Below are positions 36,481 through 46,462 of a stretch of DNA of 64,000 nucleotides, one piece after another. The stretch's first letter is position 1; each line of letters opens with the position of its first letter. Below the pieces are notes generated by a model. It was not told the DNA's origin. It worked only from the letters and a program-made list of their open reading frames with translations, and searched no databases. Origin of the DNA: an uncultured Gammaproteobacteria bacterium. Lineage in GTDB: Bacteria > Patescibacteriota > Microgenomatia > UBA8517. The translations under genes and the position numbers were made by a program. The stretch lies in the NCBI GenBank assembly GCA_964645605.1, contig CAZYCE010000001.1, forward strand, positions 63 through 64,062, given 5' to 3'.

Positions 36481-38434
36481 GTCAGATACTAGTATAACAG
36501 GACAGGGTCCCCATTCGTCATATGATGTCGTAGCCGGTTTGAATAAACAGCAACAGGAGGCCGTTACCTATACCGGCGGACCACTCTTGGTTCTAGCGGG
36601 TGCAGGATCCGGAAAAACCAAAGTTCTGACCTACCGGGTAGCTTACTTTATTTCCAAAGATTTAATAAAACCAGAAAATGCCCTCCTTCTGACTTTTACC
36701 AATAAAGCTGCGGATGAAATGCGAGAGAGAATAAAATTGTTGTTGGCTGAAACGAGCCTGCCCGCCGGAACTTCAGTGCAAGCGGGTACTTTCCACTCTT
36801 TTTGTGCGAAAATTTTAAGAATTGACGGCGAGAATATCGGAGTCCCAAAAAACTTCATTATTTACGACGAAGCCGACCAAAAAGACTCCGTCAGAGAAAT
36901 CATGGACAACCTTAACATTTCCACCGATCAGTATTCCCCCTCCTCAATTCTCAGCGGAATAAGTGAGGCGAAAAGCCAAATGCTTTCCCCGGCAGAATAT
37001 ATTAATTTCGTTAGGAGCGATTGGCAGGAAATTACGGCTAAAGTTTATCTGGAATACGAAAAAAAACTAAAAGAAATCGGAGCACTGGATTTTGACGATC
37101 TTCTTATTAAAACTGTTAATCTCTACCGGGAAGTTCCTGAGATTTTGAAGAAGTGGCAGGAGCGTCTGACCCACATCTTTGTTGACGAGTGGCAGGATAC
37201 CAATAAAATTCAATATACGCTAGCCAAACTTCTTGTGGGGGAAGGTCAAAATATCACGGCGGTGGGGGATGCTTCTCAGTCAATTTATTCGTGGCGCGGC
37301 GCGGACTATCGAAATATAAATTACCTCACCCGTGACTATCCAAACATCAAGATTATTAACCTTGAACAAAACTACCGTTCAACACAAAACATTCTTGACG
37401 CCGCCAATCTGGTTATTTCTAAAAATACAGGTCATCCGATACTTAAACTTTGGACAGAAAAAGAAAAAGGTACCCGCATAAAACTTTACGCGGCCCGAAA
37501 TGGTTTTGATGAAGCCGATTTTGTCGTTGACGAAATTAAAAAGTTGATTAAATATTCCGTGGGAAAGCTAACTTACAAAGACATTGCCATTCTTTACAGA
37601 ACAAACGCTCAGTCCCGCGTTTTGGAAGAAGCCTTCCTGCACGCGGGTATTCCCTATGTTCTTGTCGGCGGAGTTAAATTTTACGACAGAAAGGAAATTA
37701 GGGATGTCATCAGCTTTATCAGATATTTAGTAAACCCCAAAGATTCCGTTTCTAAAAGAAGAATTGAAAAAATTGGCATAAGGAGGTTTGAAAAATTGGA
37801 TGCCTTCAGAACCGAAAATCCGGACTTAGCCGGACTCACAACTCTGGATCTACTCGATGCCGTAATTCAAAAAACTGACTACCTGGCTCTTTTCCAAAAA
37901 GAGACTGAGGAAAATCTGGCAAGGCTGGAGAATTTAAAAGAGCTAAGAAGCGTGGCATCTGAATTCCCGGTCACCAATGACTTTTTGGAAAATGTCGCAC
38001 TAGTGGAAATGTCACAGGATTCAAATAGGCACATCACCCCGAATTCTCAACTCAAAGACTGTGTGTCTCTGATGACTCTGCACGCGGCCAAGGGGTTGGA
38101 ATTCCCAATTGTTTTTATAGTCGGAATGGAAGAAGGACTTTTCCCGCATAGCAGATCCCTGATGGATAATAATCAAATGGAGGAAGAGCGCCGTCTTGCT
38201 TATGTCGGCATTACCCGTGCAAAGGAAATTCTTTATCTCATTTATGCCAACTCCCGTCTATATTTCGGAGAAAGAATAAGCAACCCTCCTTCGCGTTTCA
38301 TAATGGATATTCCGGAAAATTTATTGGAAAGTGTAGAAGAAAATAGTTTTTCCGCCACAGATGATCTAAAATTAGATCCTGTTAACGATATCAAAGGAAC
38401 GTTTGACGATATTATCGAAAAATATTTGAAGTAA
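36479..38434 (+). CDS. UvrD/PcrA-type SF1 DNA helicase
   Basis: Motif I GPLLVLAGAGSGKTKVLTYRVAYFI. Motif II FVDEWQDTN. Motifs V/VI are present (LMTLHAAKGLEFPIVFIVGMEEGLFPH, VGITRAKEILYL). The ORF-track start at 36344 overlaps the LCP gene on the other strand. I place the start at the ATG at 36479 (MSDTSITGQ...). Confidence 0.85.
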   Translation: MSDTSITGQGPHSSYDVVAGLNKQQQEAVTYTGGPLLVLAGAGSGKTKVLTYRVAYFISKDLIKPENALLLTFTNKAADEMRERIKLLLAETSLPAGTSVQAGTFHSFCAKILRIDGENIGVPKNFIIYDEADQKDSVREIMDNLNISTDQYSPSSILSGISEAKSQMLSPAEYINFVRSDWQEITAKVYLEYEKKLKEIGALDFDDLLIKTVNLYREVPEILKKWQERLTHIFVDEWQDTNKIQYTLAKLLVGEGQNITAVGDASQSIYSWRGADYRNINYLTRDYPNIKIINLEQNYRSTQNILDAANLVISKNTGHPILKLWTEKEKGTRIKLYAARNGFDEADFVVDEIKKLIKYSVGKLTYKDIAILYRTNAQSRVLEEAFLHAGIPYVLVGGVKFYDRKEIRDVISFIRYLVNPKDSVSKRRIEKIGIRRFEKLDAFRTENPDLAGLTTLDLLDAVIQKTDYLALFQKETEENLARLENLKELRSVASEFPVTNDFLENVALVEMSQDSNRHITPNSQLKDCVSLMTLHAAKGLEFPIVFIVGMEEGLFPHSRSLMDNNQMEEERRLAYVGITRAKEILYLIYANSRLYFGERISNPPSRFIMDIPENLLESVEENSFSATDDLKLDPVNDIKGTFDDIIEKYLK

Positions 38435-38445
38435 CTGTCAATGTT

Positions 38446-39429
38446 ATGAACGATTTTAAAATCAACGAAATAGCTACACACCCTCTTCAAACAACCTATT
38501 GGGAGGAATTTAGAAAGTCTTGGGGAAATGAAGTTTTGGAAACCCCTTGGGGAATACTAACGGTCCACAAGATCCCGATGACTAATTACAGGTTGGCAAT
38601 CTTTGAAAAAGGACCCAAGCCCAGTCGGGAGATGTTGATGGGATTAAAAAATATTGCAAGACAAAACGATATCATCTTCATCAAGTTAGAACCTAATGTT
38701 GGCTGGGAACTACCAATTTCCAATTCTCAACTTTCAGCCAAATCTCAATTAATCAATTTATTAAAGCAAAATGGCGCAATAAAAGGCAAAAGGTTCTTTA
38801 CGCCAACAACTTTTTGGATAGATCTGACAAAGTCAGAGAATGAACTTCTGAAAAGTTTTACAGGTAAAACCCGCTATAATATCCGGTTGGCCGAGAAAAA
38901 GGGAGTAACTGTTAGGGAGGATAATTCCGATAAAGCGTTTCAAAAATATCTGGATTTGACAAGAGAGACAACTCAAAGACAAGCTTTTTTTGCACATACT
39001 GAAAAGTATCACCAGCTAATGTGGAAGGTCCTAAAAAAGGCCGGAATAGCCCACCTGCTTACTGCCACCTATAAAGGAGAAATTATAACAACTTGGGTTT
39101 TGTTCGTTTGGAAAGACTTTTTGTATTACCCGTACGGTGCCTCCACCAACAAACATAAAGAGGTAATGGCCAACAATCTCATGATGTGGGAGGCAATAAA
39201 ATTCGGCAAAAAGTTGGGGCTAACTACGTTCGATCTTTGGGGAAGAGAAGAGGGTAAAGGATTTACAAAGTTTAAAGAGGGTTACAACCCGAAAGTCATC
39301 GAATTTCTGGGAACATGGGATCTTGTAATAAACAAGCCGATTTATCAAATTTACACATTGGCTGAAAAAATACGCTGGGGTGTTCTTAAAACTACCGCAA
39401 AACTGGGCTTGACCAAAAACCGTTTCTAA
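38446..39429 (+). CDS. FemAB-family peptidoglycan interpeptide-bridge aminoacyltransferase
   Basis: 327 aa. Tandem GNAT-like fold pattern typical of FemABX (…YNIRLAEKKGVTVRE…, C-terminal FDLWGREEGKGFTKFKEGYNP). Confidence 0.6.
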   Translation: MNDFKINEIATHPLQTTYWEEFRKSWGNEVLETPWGILTVHKIPMTNYRLAIFEKGPKPSREMLMGLKNIARQNDIIFIKLEPNVGWELPISNSQLSAKSQLINLLKQNGAIKGKRFFTPTTFWIDLTKSENELLKSFTGKTRYNIRLAEKKGVTVREDNSDKAFQKYLDLTRETTQRQAFFAHTEKYHQLMWKVLKKAGIAHLLTATYKGEIITTWVLFVWKDFLYYPYGASTNKHKEVMANNLMMWEAIKFGKKLGLTTFDLWGREEGKGFTKFKEGYNPKVIEFLGTWDLVINKPIYQIYTLAEKIRWGVLKTTAKLGLTKNRF

Positions 39430-39430
39430 C

Positions 39431-40297
39431 ATGCATGATATCCGCCAGTCTGAATCTTATGCCAGGTATCTTCGAAGCCTTGGTTGGACCGTCGAAAGAA
39501 TCGCTGAAATCAATTATTTTATTAAAAAAATCCCGCTTTTTGGGTCGATTCTAAAAGTCCAAAGACCTGAAAAAATAAAATTTGACACCATAGACAAGCT
39601 ATGCCGAAAATATAGAGTATTTCAAATCATTGTTGAGCCCGGTCTAGCCACCCGTACTGGGCCCTTCGAAGATTGTCATAAGTTAATTATGGCACATGGA
39701 TACAAACTTGCAAAAAGCACATATCTTCCCTCAAAAACCCTGCAAATTGATCTGACCCAAAGCAAAGAAGAAATACTTAGTCATTTTAAAAAGGATGCCA
39801 GGTATGCTATTCGAAAGGGGGGAGTATTAAATTTTAAAGAATACTCAACCTCGGAAGAAATCAAAATTTTCTGGGAGGGGTGGAAAAATTCCGTTAAATT
39901 CGATAGATACGTGCCGTCGGCTGAACAACTTATTAAATTAAGAAAAAGTTTTCCACAATCGCAATCCTTTTTCCTTGCGTCGCACAATATTATTGGCAGT
40001 ATTATAGGGGGAGCGCTTTTCACGACTTCTTCACACGAAAAATCAAAATATATAACGTACTACTGGCAAGCATTCACAAACAAAGAAGGACGCGCTTCCC
40101 TATCACAGTATTCTCTCCTATGGAACGGGATACTATGGGCTAAAAAGAATGGTTATAAAGTGTTTGACTTCGAAGGAATTTATGATGAAAGATTTCCGGA
40201 TAAATCCTGGCTCGGCTTTACCCACTTCAAACGTTCATTCGGAGGCTACGAAGTTACTTATCCTGGATGTTTCGTTAAAAATCGTTTACCATTCTAG
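39431..40297 (+). CDS. FemAB-family paralogue
   Basis: 288 aa, following the first FemAB gene after a 1-nt gap. Similar domain layout (...ARYAIRKGGVLNFKEY..., FDFEGIYDERFPDKSWLGFTHFKRSFGG matches the Fem C-terminal motif). Confidence 0.5.
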   Translation: MHDIRQSESYARYLRSLGWTVERIAEINYFIKKIPLFGSILKVQRPEKIKFDTIDKLCRKYRVFQIIVEPGLATRTGPFEDCHKLIMAHGYKLAKSTYLPSKTLQIDLTQSKEEILSHFKKDARYAIRKGGVLNFKEYSTSEEIKIFWEGWKNSVKFDRYVPSAEQLIKLRKSFPQSQSFFLASHNIIGSIIGGALFTTSSHEKSKYITYYWQAFTNKEGRASLSQYSLLWNGILWAKKNGYKVFDFEGIYDERFPDKSWLGFTHFKRSFGGYEVTYPGCFVKNRLPF

Positions 40298-40299
40298 TT

Positions 40300-40566
40300 A
40301 TGATTACTTTAACCGGTCTTGAAGAACAAATTAAAATTATTAAGAAAAGGAATGCAAAAGTTGAAACAGACAAGGCTTGGGAAACCTCAAAAACCAGAAG
40401 AGTCCTATTAGCTGTATTCACCTATCTTGCCATAGCCCTCTACTTAAGTGCCATCAAAATTACAAGACCGTGGTTGAACGCAATTGTACCCGCAATTGGT
40501 TTTATGCTGTCAACTCTCACCCTTCCCTTCTTTAAAAAGATTTGGATTAAATATATAAAAAAATGA
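40300..40566 (+). CDS. Small membrane protein, hypothetical
   Basis: 88 aa with two hydrophobic helices. It is tightly packed after the Fem genes. Confidence 0.3.
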   Translation: MITLTGLEEQIKIIKKRNAKVETDKAWETSKTRRVLLAVFTYLAIALYLSAIKITRPWLNAIVPAIGFMLSTLTLPFFKKIWIKYIKK

Positions 40567-40598
40567 AAATTGGGGGAAGTGTGTTTTAATAATAGCCC

Positions 40599-41096
40599 TC
40601 AAAAACAAGACTTAATCTTTTCTAAATTTTCTTCTATCAATTTTTTTTGTTCCGGCCAGAAAAAATTTGGCAATTTATCTATATTAAACCATTCAAACTC
40701 AAGATTCTCACCTTCCTGTAAATTTTGCGTTCCTTTTTCCTGATTCGCAGTAAATAAATAATAGTGGGTAATGGCCCACTTATTTTTTTCATATGTCAAT
40801 CTTTCTTCCACACCCAATTTACATATATATTTAAGGTCGCTAAGACCGGTTTCTTCTGATATTTCCCTTTTAGCCGTCTTGATTAAATCCTCACCATCTT
40901 CCATCCCGCCTTTGGGCAAACCATAGTCCTCAAAATCCCGGTCGCGAATTAGAGCAATCAATATCTCACTTCCGGATTTTCTGACAACTACCCCACCCGC
41001 GTTTAGTTTTGTTGGGAATTTTTTACCCTTTGGTTTTATATACCAGCTTTTATCAATCTTCATTTTGGTCAGATTTGCAAAAAATTGAGAATTCAC
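40599..41096 (-). CDS. NUDIX hydrolase
   Basis: Nudix box GGMEDGEDLIKTAKREISEETGL (GX5EX7REUXEEXGU). 165 aa. The 5' end overlaps the 3' end of the helicase-nuclease gene. Confidence 0.8.
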   Translation of the reverse strand: MNSQFFANLTKMKIDKSWYIKPKGKKFPTKLNAGGVVVRKSGSEILIALIRDRDFEDYGLPKGGMEDGEDLIKTAKREISEETGLSDLKYICKLGVEERLTYEKNKWAITHYYLFTANQEKGTQNLQEGENLEFEWFNIDKLPNFFWPEQKKLIEENLEKIKSCF

Positions 41097-43974
41097 AACC
41101 CGTCTGGCAAAATATATGTCCGCTACATTTAAAATCGTTTTTCTCTATTTCATCTCTAATTTTATAAATTTCCTTCTCTGCTTCCTCCAGCTGTTTTGCC
41201 GTTCTAGTCGTTGTAATCTTCTCTTGAGAATCAAGATAATACAAGGAGAGCTTAATTTTTTCAGGCGACTTACCGAAAGGCTCCATCGGAATTTTAGTTG
41301 CAGCCAATCCATAAAAGCTAAGCTGCAGATTTTTATCTACATCTTTTTGGGTCGGAATAGTTGCGCCCGTCTTGTAATCAACCACTTCTATTACTCCGCC
41401 GCCCAAATCATCAACCCTATCTATTCTTCCTCCAATTTTAAGGTCCTTTCCGAGAGGAACCGTAAAGGGCTGTTCCAAGGAAATGGGTAGGTTTTTAGGA
41501 TTAAATCCGTATTTTAAAAATCCCAACAAATAATCTTTTCCCTTTTGCAAGAATTCGGCTTCTTGTTTTTTGCTTTTATAGCCTTCCTTAACCCAATTGT
41601 TTTCCAAAAGATCAAACAAAAGTTTTTCATTGGGTTTTGAACCGGCGGCTACTAATTCATAAAAATTTTTAAGGGTTGCATGCATTGCTGTCCCAAAACT
41701 TGCAGACGCAGATATAGGAGTCGGAACTTTAAAAATATATTTTAATTTATAATGCAACGGACATGTTTTAAAAGTTTCAATTTGGCTATAACTTAGATAA
41801 TCAATATGAAAATCCTTTTTTGGAAGTATTTCTTTCGCGTTTTTCTTTATTTTGTAATCAAGGAAAGACAATTGATCGGCTTTCACAAGCGTATTTTCTG
41901 CACTGACGGATTTATCCCCCAAAGCCTCAAAAATAAAAGGTGAAAGTTTTTTCTCCCGCTTTCCTTCCCCGTAATAATCGGCAGCCGTAAAATATAATCT
42001 TTCTTTGGCTCTGGTCATACCTACATAAAATAGACGGCGCTCCTCTTCTTGGTGAAAATCCCCTACCGGTAAAACTTCTTTTATAAGTGCATCAGGAATG
42101 GGAATTTGCTCACGTCTCTCGATAGTCGGAAATCTTTGAGAAACAAGATTAACAAGGAAAACAACAGGAAACTCCAAGCCTTTTGCCGAATGTACGGTCA
42201 ATATATTTACTGCATCTATTTCCGTCCAGTCCTCGTTTACAGCAAGCGGGCTTTCTCCAAGTTCGATAGACAAGTCCAACCAATCAACAACCGCAGGTAC
42301 CGTCGCATCATCATGGTCAACTTCGTAAGTTTTTAATTTATCGAAGAATTTGGAAATATTTTTTGCTCTTATTTCGGTATCAATTGAGGTGGGAGATAAA
42401 AGTTTTTGTATCAACCCGGTATCTTCCAAATAGTAATAGAGTATTTGCCCCGCCGTTTCTCTACGAATGAGGCCTAAATGTTTTTTGATAGTTCCGATGA
42501 GTTTTTGAACTTTTTCTTTTGTCTCGTTACTAACAAAAACGTCTTGAACTTTTTCGGAAGCCTCAAACAAACTTAAATTGTACTTTTTAGCATAATTGCC
42601 CAAAGCCGCAATGTCCCGCGGACTAATGTTGAAGAACTCATTTGAAAGCACTCTGTAAAAAGCCACTGAATCCTCAAAGTTATTTAAAACTTTCAGATAG
42701 GAAATCAAATCAACTACTTCGGGTTCTTTAAAAAGCCGCCCGGGACCCAAGAATTGATATGGCACGCCATTTCTGGAAAGTGCACGTACAATCGGCTCAG
42801 AGTGATTGTTGGCCCGAACCAATATTGCAAAATCTCCCCACTTATATTTTTCATCCTCACAAAGTTTTTTGATTTCTTTGGCTATCAAATCTGCTTCGTT
42901 TTCCACCCGATCCGCATGGATAAACCCAATTTCGGCTCCGTCTTTGGCCACTTGTGACTTTAATCTCTTATCTATTTTCTCAACCACTTCAAGGCGGTCA
43001 GGGTCGTTAAATTTTACCAGGTCATGACTTCGGTCCAATATCTCTTGCGTGCTTCTGTAATTCTTTGTTAAAACTATTACCTTAGATTTGGGATAAGTTT
43101 TTCTAAATTGGATAATGTTACTTACAGCCGCGCCCCTAAATCTATAAATACTCTGGTCGTCATCTCCAACAACGGTAATATTACCCATTTTTCCGGTCAA
43201 TAATTTTACCAATTCATTTTGAGCGAAATTCGTATCTTGGAATTCATCAACCAAAATATATTTAAACTGTTTTTGGTACTCGGCCAAAATATTTGGTCTG
43301 TCTCTAAAAAGCTTCAAGGTTTTGACAATCAAATCTCCAAAATCCATTAGCCCCTCTTTTACTTTTATCTCGTCATAAGCTTTATAGGCTCTTGCCAGCT
43401 CTCTGTATTTTTCATAATCCATTTTTTCTTCGTCGCTTATTTCTAAATTTTTAATTTTAAATTTTAAATTGACCCAATCAATATATTGATTTGGCGTTAC
43501 ATCTTCATCCTGAAGTCTGCTAAAATGCTGGAGCATTCCGCTAATAAACTTTGTGGGATTACCCAAAGGCCTAAAATAATTTAAATCCAAACCGAATAAA
43601 TTCTTCCTTAAAAGTTGGATGCCTTCCGCTTCCGTCATTAATTTATAGCGCGGGTCAAGCCCTATATTGAGTGCCTCTTGCCTCAAAACCCTGTCGCAAA
43701 AGGAATGAAAGGTCATTATCCACATCTGGGTATAGCCGTAAGGAAGTCCTATATCTACTCTCTCCTCCATCTCACGAGCAGCTTTTTCCGTAAAAGTTAA
43801 AGCCAGAATTTCCGAAGGTTTGGCGTGTTTTCCCAGAATTAAATATTTAATTCTTTCCGTAACGACCATGGTTTTTCCTGTTCCTGCTCCTGCAATTATA
43901 AGAAGAGGGCCTTTGCCGAATTTAATGGCGTCAATTTGTTCTTTATTCGGTTTTAAGTTTGAACTATTACCCAC
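41053..43974 (-). CDS. SF1 UvrD-like helicase fused to a C-terminal PD-(D/E)xK (RecB/Cas4-type) nuclease with an Fe-S cysteine cluster (AddA/AdnB-like single-chain helicase-nuclease)
   Basis: N-terminal helicase motif I GPLLIIAGAGTGKTMVVTERIKYLI. C-terminal nuclease motifs GGRIDRVDDLGG...IEVVDYKTG. Cys ligands KTCPLHY...CSGHIFCQTGCEFSIFC. 973 aa. Confidence 0.75.
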   Translation of the reverse strand: MGNSSNLKPNKEQIDAIKFGKGPLLIIAGAGTGKTMVVTERIKYLILGKHAKPSEILALTFTEKAAREMEERVDIGLPYGYTQMWIMTFHSFCDRVLRQEALNIGLDPRYKLMTEAEGIQLLRKNLFGLDLNYFRPLGNPTKFISGMLQHFSRLQDEDVTPNQYIDWVNLKFKIKNLEISDEEKMDYEKYRELARAYKAYDEIKVKEGLMDFGDLIVKTLKLFRDRPNILAEYQKQFKYILVDEFQDTNFAQNELVKLLTGKMGNITVVGDDDQSIYRFRGAAVSNIIQFRKTYPKSKVIVLTKNYRSTQEILDRSHDLVKFNDPDRLEVVEKIDKRLKSQVAKDGAEIGFIHADRVENEADLIAKEIKKLCEDEKYKWGDFAILVRANNHSEPIVRALSRNGVPYQFLGPGRLFKEPEVVDLISYLKVLNNFEDSVAFYRVLSNEFFNISPRDIAALGNYAKKYNLSLFEASEKVQDVFVSNETKEKVQKLIGTIKKHLGLIRRETAGQILYYYLEDTGLIQKLLSPTSIDTEIRAKNISKFFDKLKTYEVDHDDATVPAVVDWLDLSIELGESPLAVNEDWTEIDAVNILTVHSAKGLEFPVVFLVNLVSQRFPTIERREQIPIPDALIKEVLPVGDFHQEEERRLFYVGMTRAKERLYFTAADYYGEGKREKKLSPFIFEALGDKSVSAENTLVKADQLSFLDYKIKKNAKEILPKKDFHIDYLSYSQIETFKTCPLHYKLKYIFKVPTPISASASFGTAMHATLKNFYELVAAGSKPNEKLLFDLLENNWVKEGYKSKKQEAEFLQKGKDYLLGFLKYGFNPKNLPISLEQPFTVPLGKDLKIGGRIDRVDDLGGGVIEVVDYKTGATIPTQKDVDKNLQLSFYGLAATKIPMEPFGKSPEKIKLSLYYLDSQEKITTTRTAKQLEEAEKEIYKIRDEIEKNDFKCSGHIFCQTGCEFSIFCKSDQNED

Positions 43975-44117
43975 AGGTGGATTGTATCACGATTTATTGT
44001 TTACTTAATTCAAGATTATCTACAAATGAGTTGACAGACGACCAGAATATTGTGTCTTTAGCATGTTGATCCAAAACTTCATTAGCCGCCTTTACATTTA
44101 TATATATCCGGATTCTG

Positions 44118-44705
44118 TCAAAAATAGTTTTCATTAGAAATCATAGAATTTTCTTGAGCTTTATAATTAGTTTCCACAAAAACTCTCACAGAACTTAATT
44201 TATTTGTTTTACCTTTGACAAAATCATTCAGTTCACGAAAAGCGGCTTTTGATCTTTTTAGACCCTCTCTTGCCGGGTCAAGTTGACCATCATTTTCATT
44301 ATTCCAAAATTGATTATCGATATCTCTTGCCCACCTAAGCCCTTCTTCAAAAAACAATGTATCTGTTTGGAATTTACTTCTCAGAAAATCTAACAAAATA
44401 TCCTGGTTTATGTTTTGTTTCAATTTGTCCTCAAAGGCATTTGTCAAACGAGCTGATGAACCTCTCAAAAGCTGTAGACCTTTTTTACCAACAAGGCCTG
44501 TATATTTTCCAAAACTTTCCAAAACCTGATTATTATTCCCTGTCGATAAAAAGGATTCGGCCCATTTTCTCTCCTCTTCGGAAACTTCCCAATCTGGAAA
44601 AGACGGCTCATTTGTCGACGGCATTTTATCGACAGGATACTTTTCGGTAAAACTTATATAAATATTTTCAATACTGCCCTGTTCTGTAAAACCTGGTTCT
44701 GCCAT
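44118..44705 (-). CDS. Hypothetical protein
   Basis: 195-aa hydrophilic ORF downstream of rmuC on the same strand. I recognise no motif. Confidence 0.4.
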   Translation of the reverse strand: MAEPGFTEQGSIENIYISFTEKYPVDKMPSTNEPSFPDWEVSEEERKWAESFLSTGNNNQVLESFGKYTGLVGKKGLQLLRGSSARLTNAFEDKLKQNINQDILLDFLRSKFQTDTLFFEEGLRWARDIDNQFWNNENDGQLDPAREGLKRSKAAFRELNDFVKGKTNKLSSVRVFVETNYKAQENSMISNENYF

Positions 44706-44710
44706 ATTTA

Positions 44711-45649
44711 TTATTCTAACTCTTCAATTTTCTTTTTTGTCCCCAACCTTCCCGTTGAAGTGATTTTTTGTCCCAATGCGCCAAAACTCGCAAACACATC
44801 TCCCATCATGTTGTAGGCGTTCGTTAAATGTTTTTGTAAAATATTTAAATTCTCTTCCGTTTTTTTATAATCCTTTCCAATAGCCCTCAAGGAAGATAAA
44901 ATTTCTTTCGCCTGTGCTTCAATCTTTTGTCCCTCAAAACTCATAAGTATTGCCTTTAGGTATGCGTAAAAAGTTGTCGGGGAAACAGGAAGGACCCTTC
45001 TTCCTGATGCGTAATCAAACAGGTCTTCATTGTTTGCAATTTCATAATAAATTGCCTCGCTCGGTACATACATCAGTGCATAATCGACCGTCCCCTCCTC
45101 GGTTAGAATATATTTTTTAGAAATGGCGTCTATGTGTTTTTTAACGTCTCTTTCAAACTCCGACTTTACCGACGGATCATTAATTAATTTTCTAAAGTTT
45201 TCCATTGGGAACTTTGAGTCGATTGGAATAATTCCAGCGGATGTAAAAACGGCGGCATCCACTTTGTCTCCTGACTTGAATTGATATTGGAGCTTAAATG
45301 ACTGTTTGGGCAAAAACTGTGAAAGCATATCTTTTAACACCTGCTCACCTATATTTCCACGAAGCTTAGGACTACGTAAAAAGTCTTGCAATTCCTTCAT
45401 ACCGCGTCCAATCTCAGAAAACTCTCCTATATTTTTTTGAACCTCCCCGATCACACGTGCCGCGTTATCGAGCCTGTCGTTAAAAGATTTTCCCTGTTCA
45501 TTTAGACGGACATTTGTCGTCTTGAGATATTCCAAAATTTCATCGGATGGTTTCTGGCTTTTTATCAAGCTACCCAGTCTCCAATTAATAAAAATGAATA
45601 AGGCCACAAATCCAATTAATACTATAATAGAAACTAGAGTTACGCTCAT
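44711..45649 (-). CDS. rmuC: DNA recombination protein RmuC-like
   Basis: N-terminal TM anchor, then a long coiled-coil region and a C-terminal RmuC-like domain (...DYALMYVPSEAIYYE...). 312 aa. Confidence 0.55.
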   Translation of the reverse strand: MSVTLVSIIVLIGFVALFIFINWRLGSLIKSQKPSDEILEYLKTTNVRLNEQGKSFNDRLDNAARVIGEVQKNIGEFSEIGRGMKELQDFLRSPKLRGNIGEQVLKDMLSQFLPKQSFKLQYQFKSGDKVDAAVFTSAGIIPIDSKFPMENFRKLINDPSVKSEFERDVKKHIDAISKKYILTEEGTVDYALMYVPSEAIYYEIANNEDLFDYASGRRVLPVSPTTFYAYLKAILMSFEGQKIEAQAKEILSSLRAIGKDYKKTEENLNILQKHLTNAYNMMGDVFASFGALGQKITSTGRLGTKKKIEELE

Positions 45650-45678
45650 ACTTTATTATATTCCATATTCGGCCAACC

Positions 45679-46014
45679 ATGAAAAGAAAAATTAGAAGAG
45701 AACAGGTTTTAAAAAGGAAAAATTTTTTCCCCACACTTCTTCTAACAATACTTTTTTGGATACTTCTCGTGGCGTTGGTCTATTTTGTTAATCCACAAAC
45801 ATTTGGTATGGTTCCCCTATTTTTTGCCACCTTTTTTACCACGCTTCTTTTTACATTCTCTCTCATTTTCTCCAATTCACGCCGGGGATTTATTACCTCA
45901 GTTGCCCTATCCTTATTCTTAATTCTAATGTACCTCGAGATTGGTAATGTTCTTAACCTGATTCTAATAGTTGCAATATCACTATGTATCGAGTTATATT
46001 TCACCTTGAAATGA
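45679..46014 (+). CDS. Membrane protein, hypothetical (3 TM)
   Basis: 111 aa with a basic N-terminus and three hydrophobic helices. Confidence 0.4.
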   Translation: MKRKIRREQVLKRKNFFPTLLLTILFWILLVALVYFVNPQTFGMVPLFFATFFTTLLFTFSLIFSNSRRGFITSVALSLFLILMYLEIGNVLNLILIVAISLCIELYFTLK

Positions 46015-46090
46015 ATCATGCTACAAAACTCGCCTCAATAATCAATGCAATCATCCGATTCGGGTATCTCTTTTGTGAAAATTTTGTAAC

Positions 46091-46429
46091 GTGATAAACC
46101 CATCGCTTAAAAAACAACTTCTCAAAACTTTTGCGCAGATGCTCAATGATCTCGACAACTTAAAGGAAATGGAGTCCTTTCTGACAGATTTTTTTGACGA
46201 AAAAGAGCTCGAAACTTATATTAAAAGAATTTCAATTTCTTATTGGCTTAAAAAGGGCAGGGGTGAAGAGAATATCAAAAGAAATTTGCTGGCTACCCCG
46301 AAAGAAATTGCTTTAGCCAAAAGGTCCCTCAAGAAAAATGGAGTTAAGCTGGCTCTCAAAAAAATTGAGGCTGAGGAATGGGCTAATGTCTGGTCTGAAA
46401 GAATTAAGTCGTTTACCAAAAAAAAGTAG
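46091..46429 (+). CDS. TrpR-related YerC/YecD-family small DNA-binding protein
   Basis: FLTDFFDEKELETYIKRISISYWLKKGRGEENIKRNLLATPKEIALAKRSLKKNG parallels the YerC pattern FFDDLCT..E...L..R..VA.LL..G.TY..I....G.S..TI.RV...L. 112 aa. Confidence 0.45.
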   Translation: MINPSLKKQLLKTFAQMLNDLDNLKEMESFLTDFFDEKELETYIKRISISYWLKKGRGEENIKRNLLATPKEIALAKRSLKKNGVKLALKKIEAEEWANVWSERIKSFTKKK

Positions 46430-46462
46430 CTTCAAACCACTTCTTCGCTGTACAATACGGTT

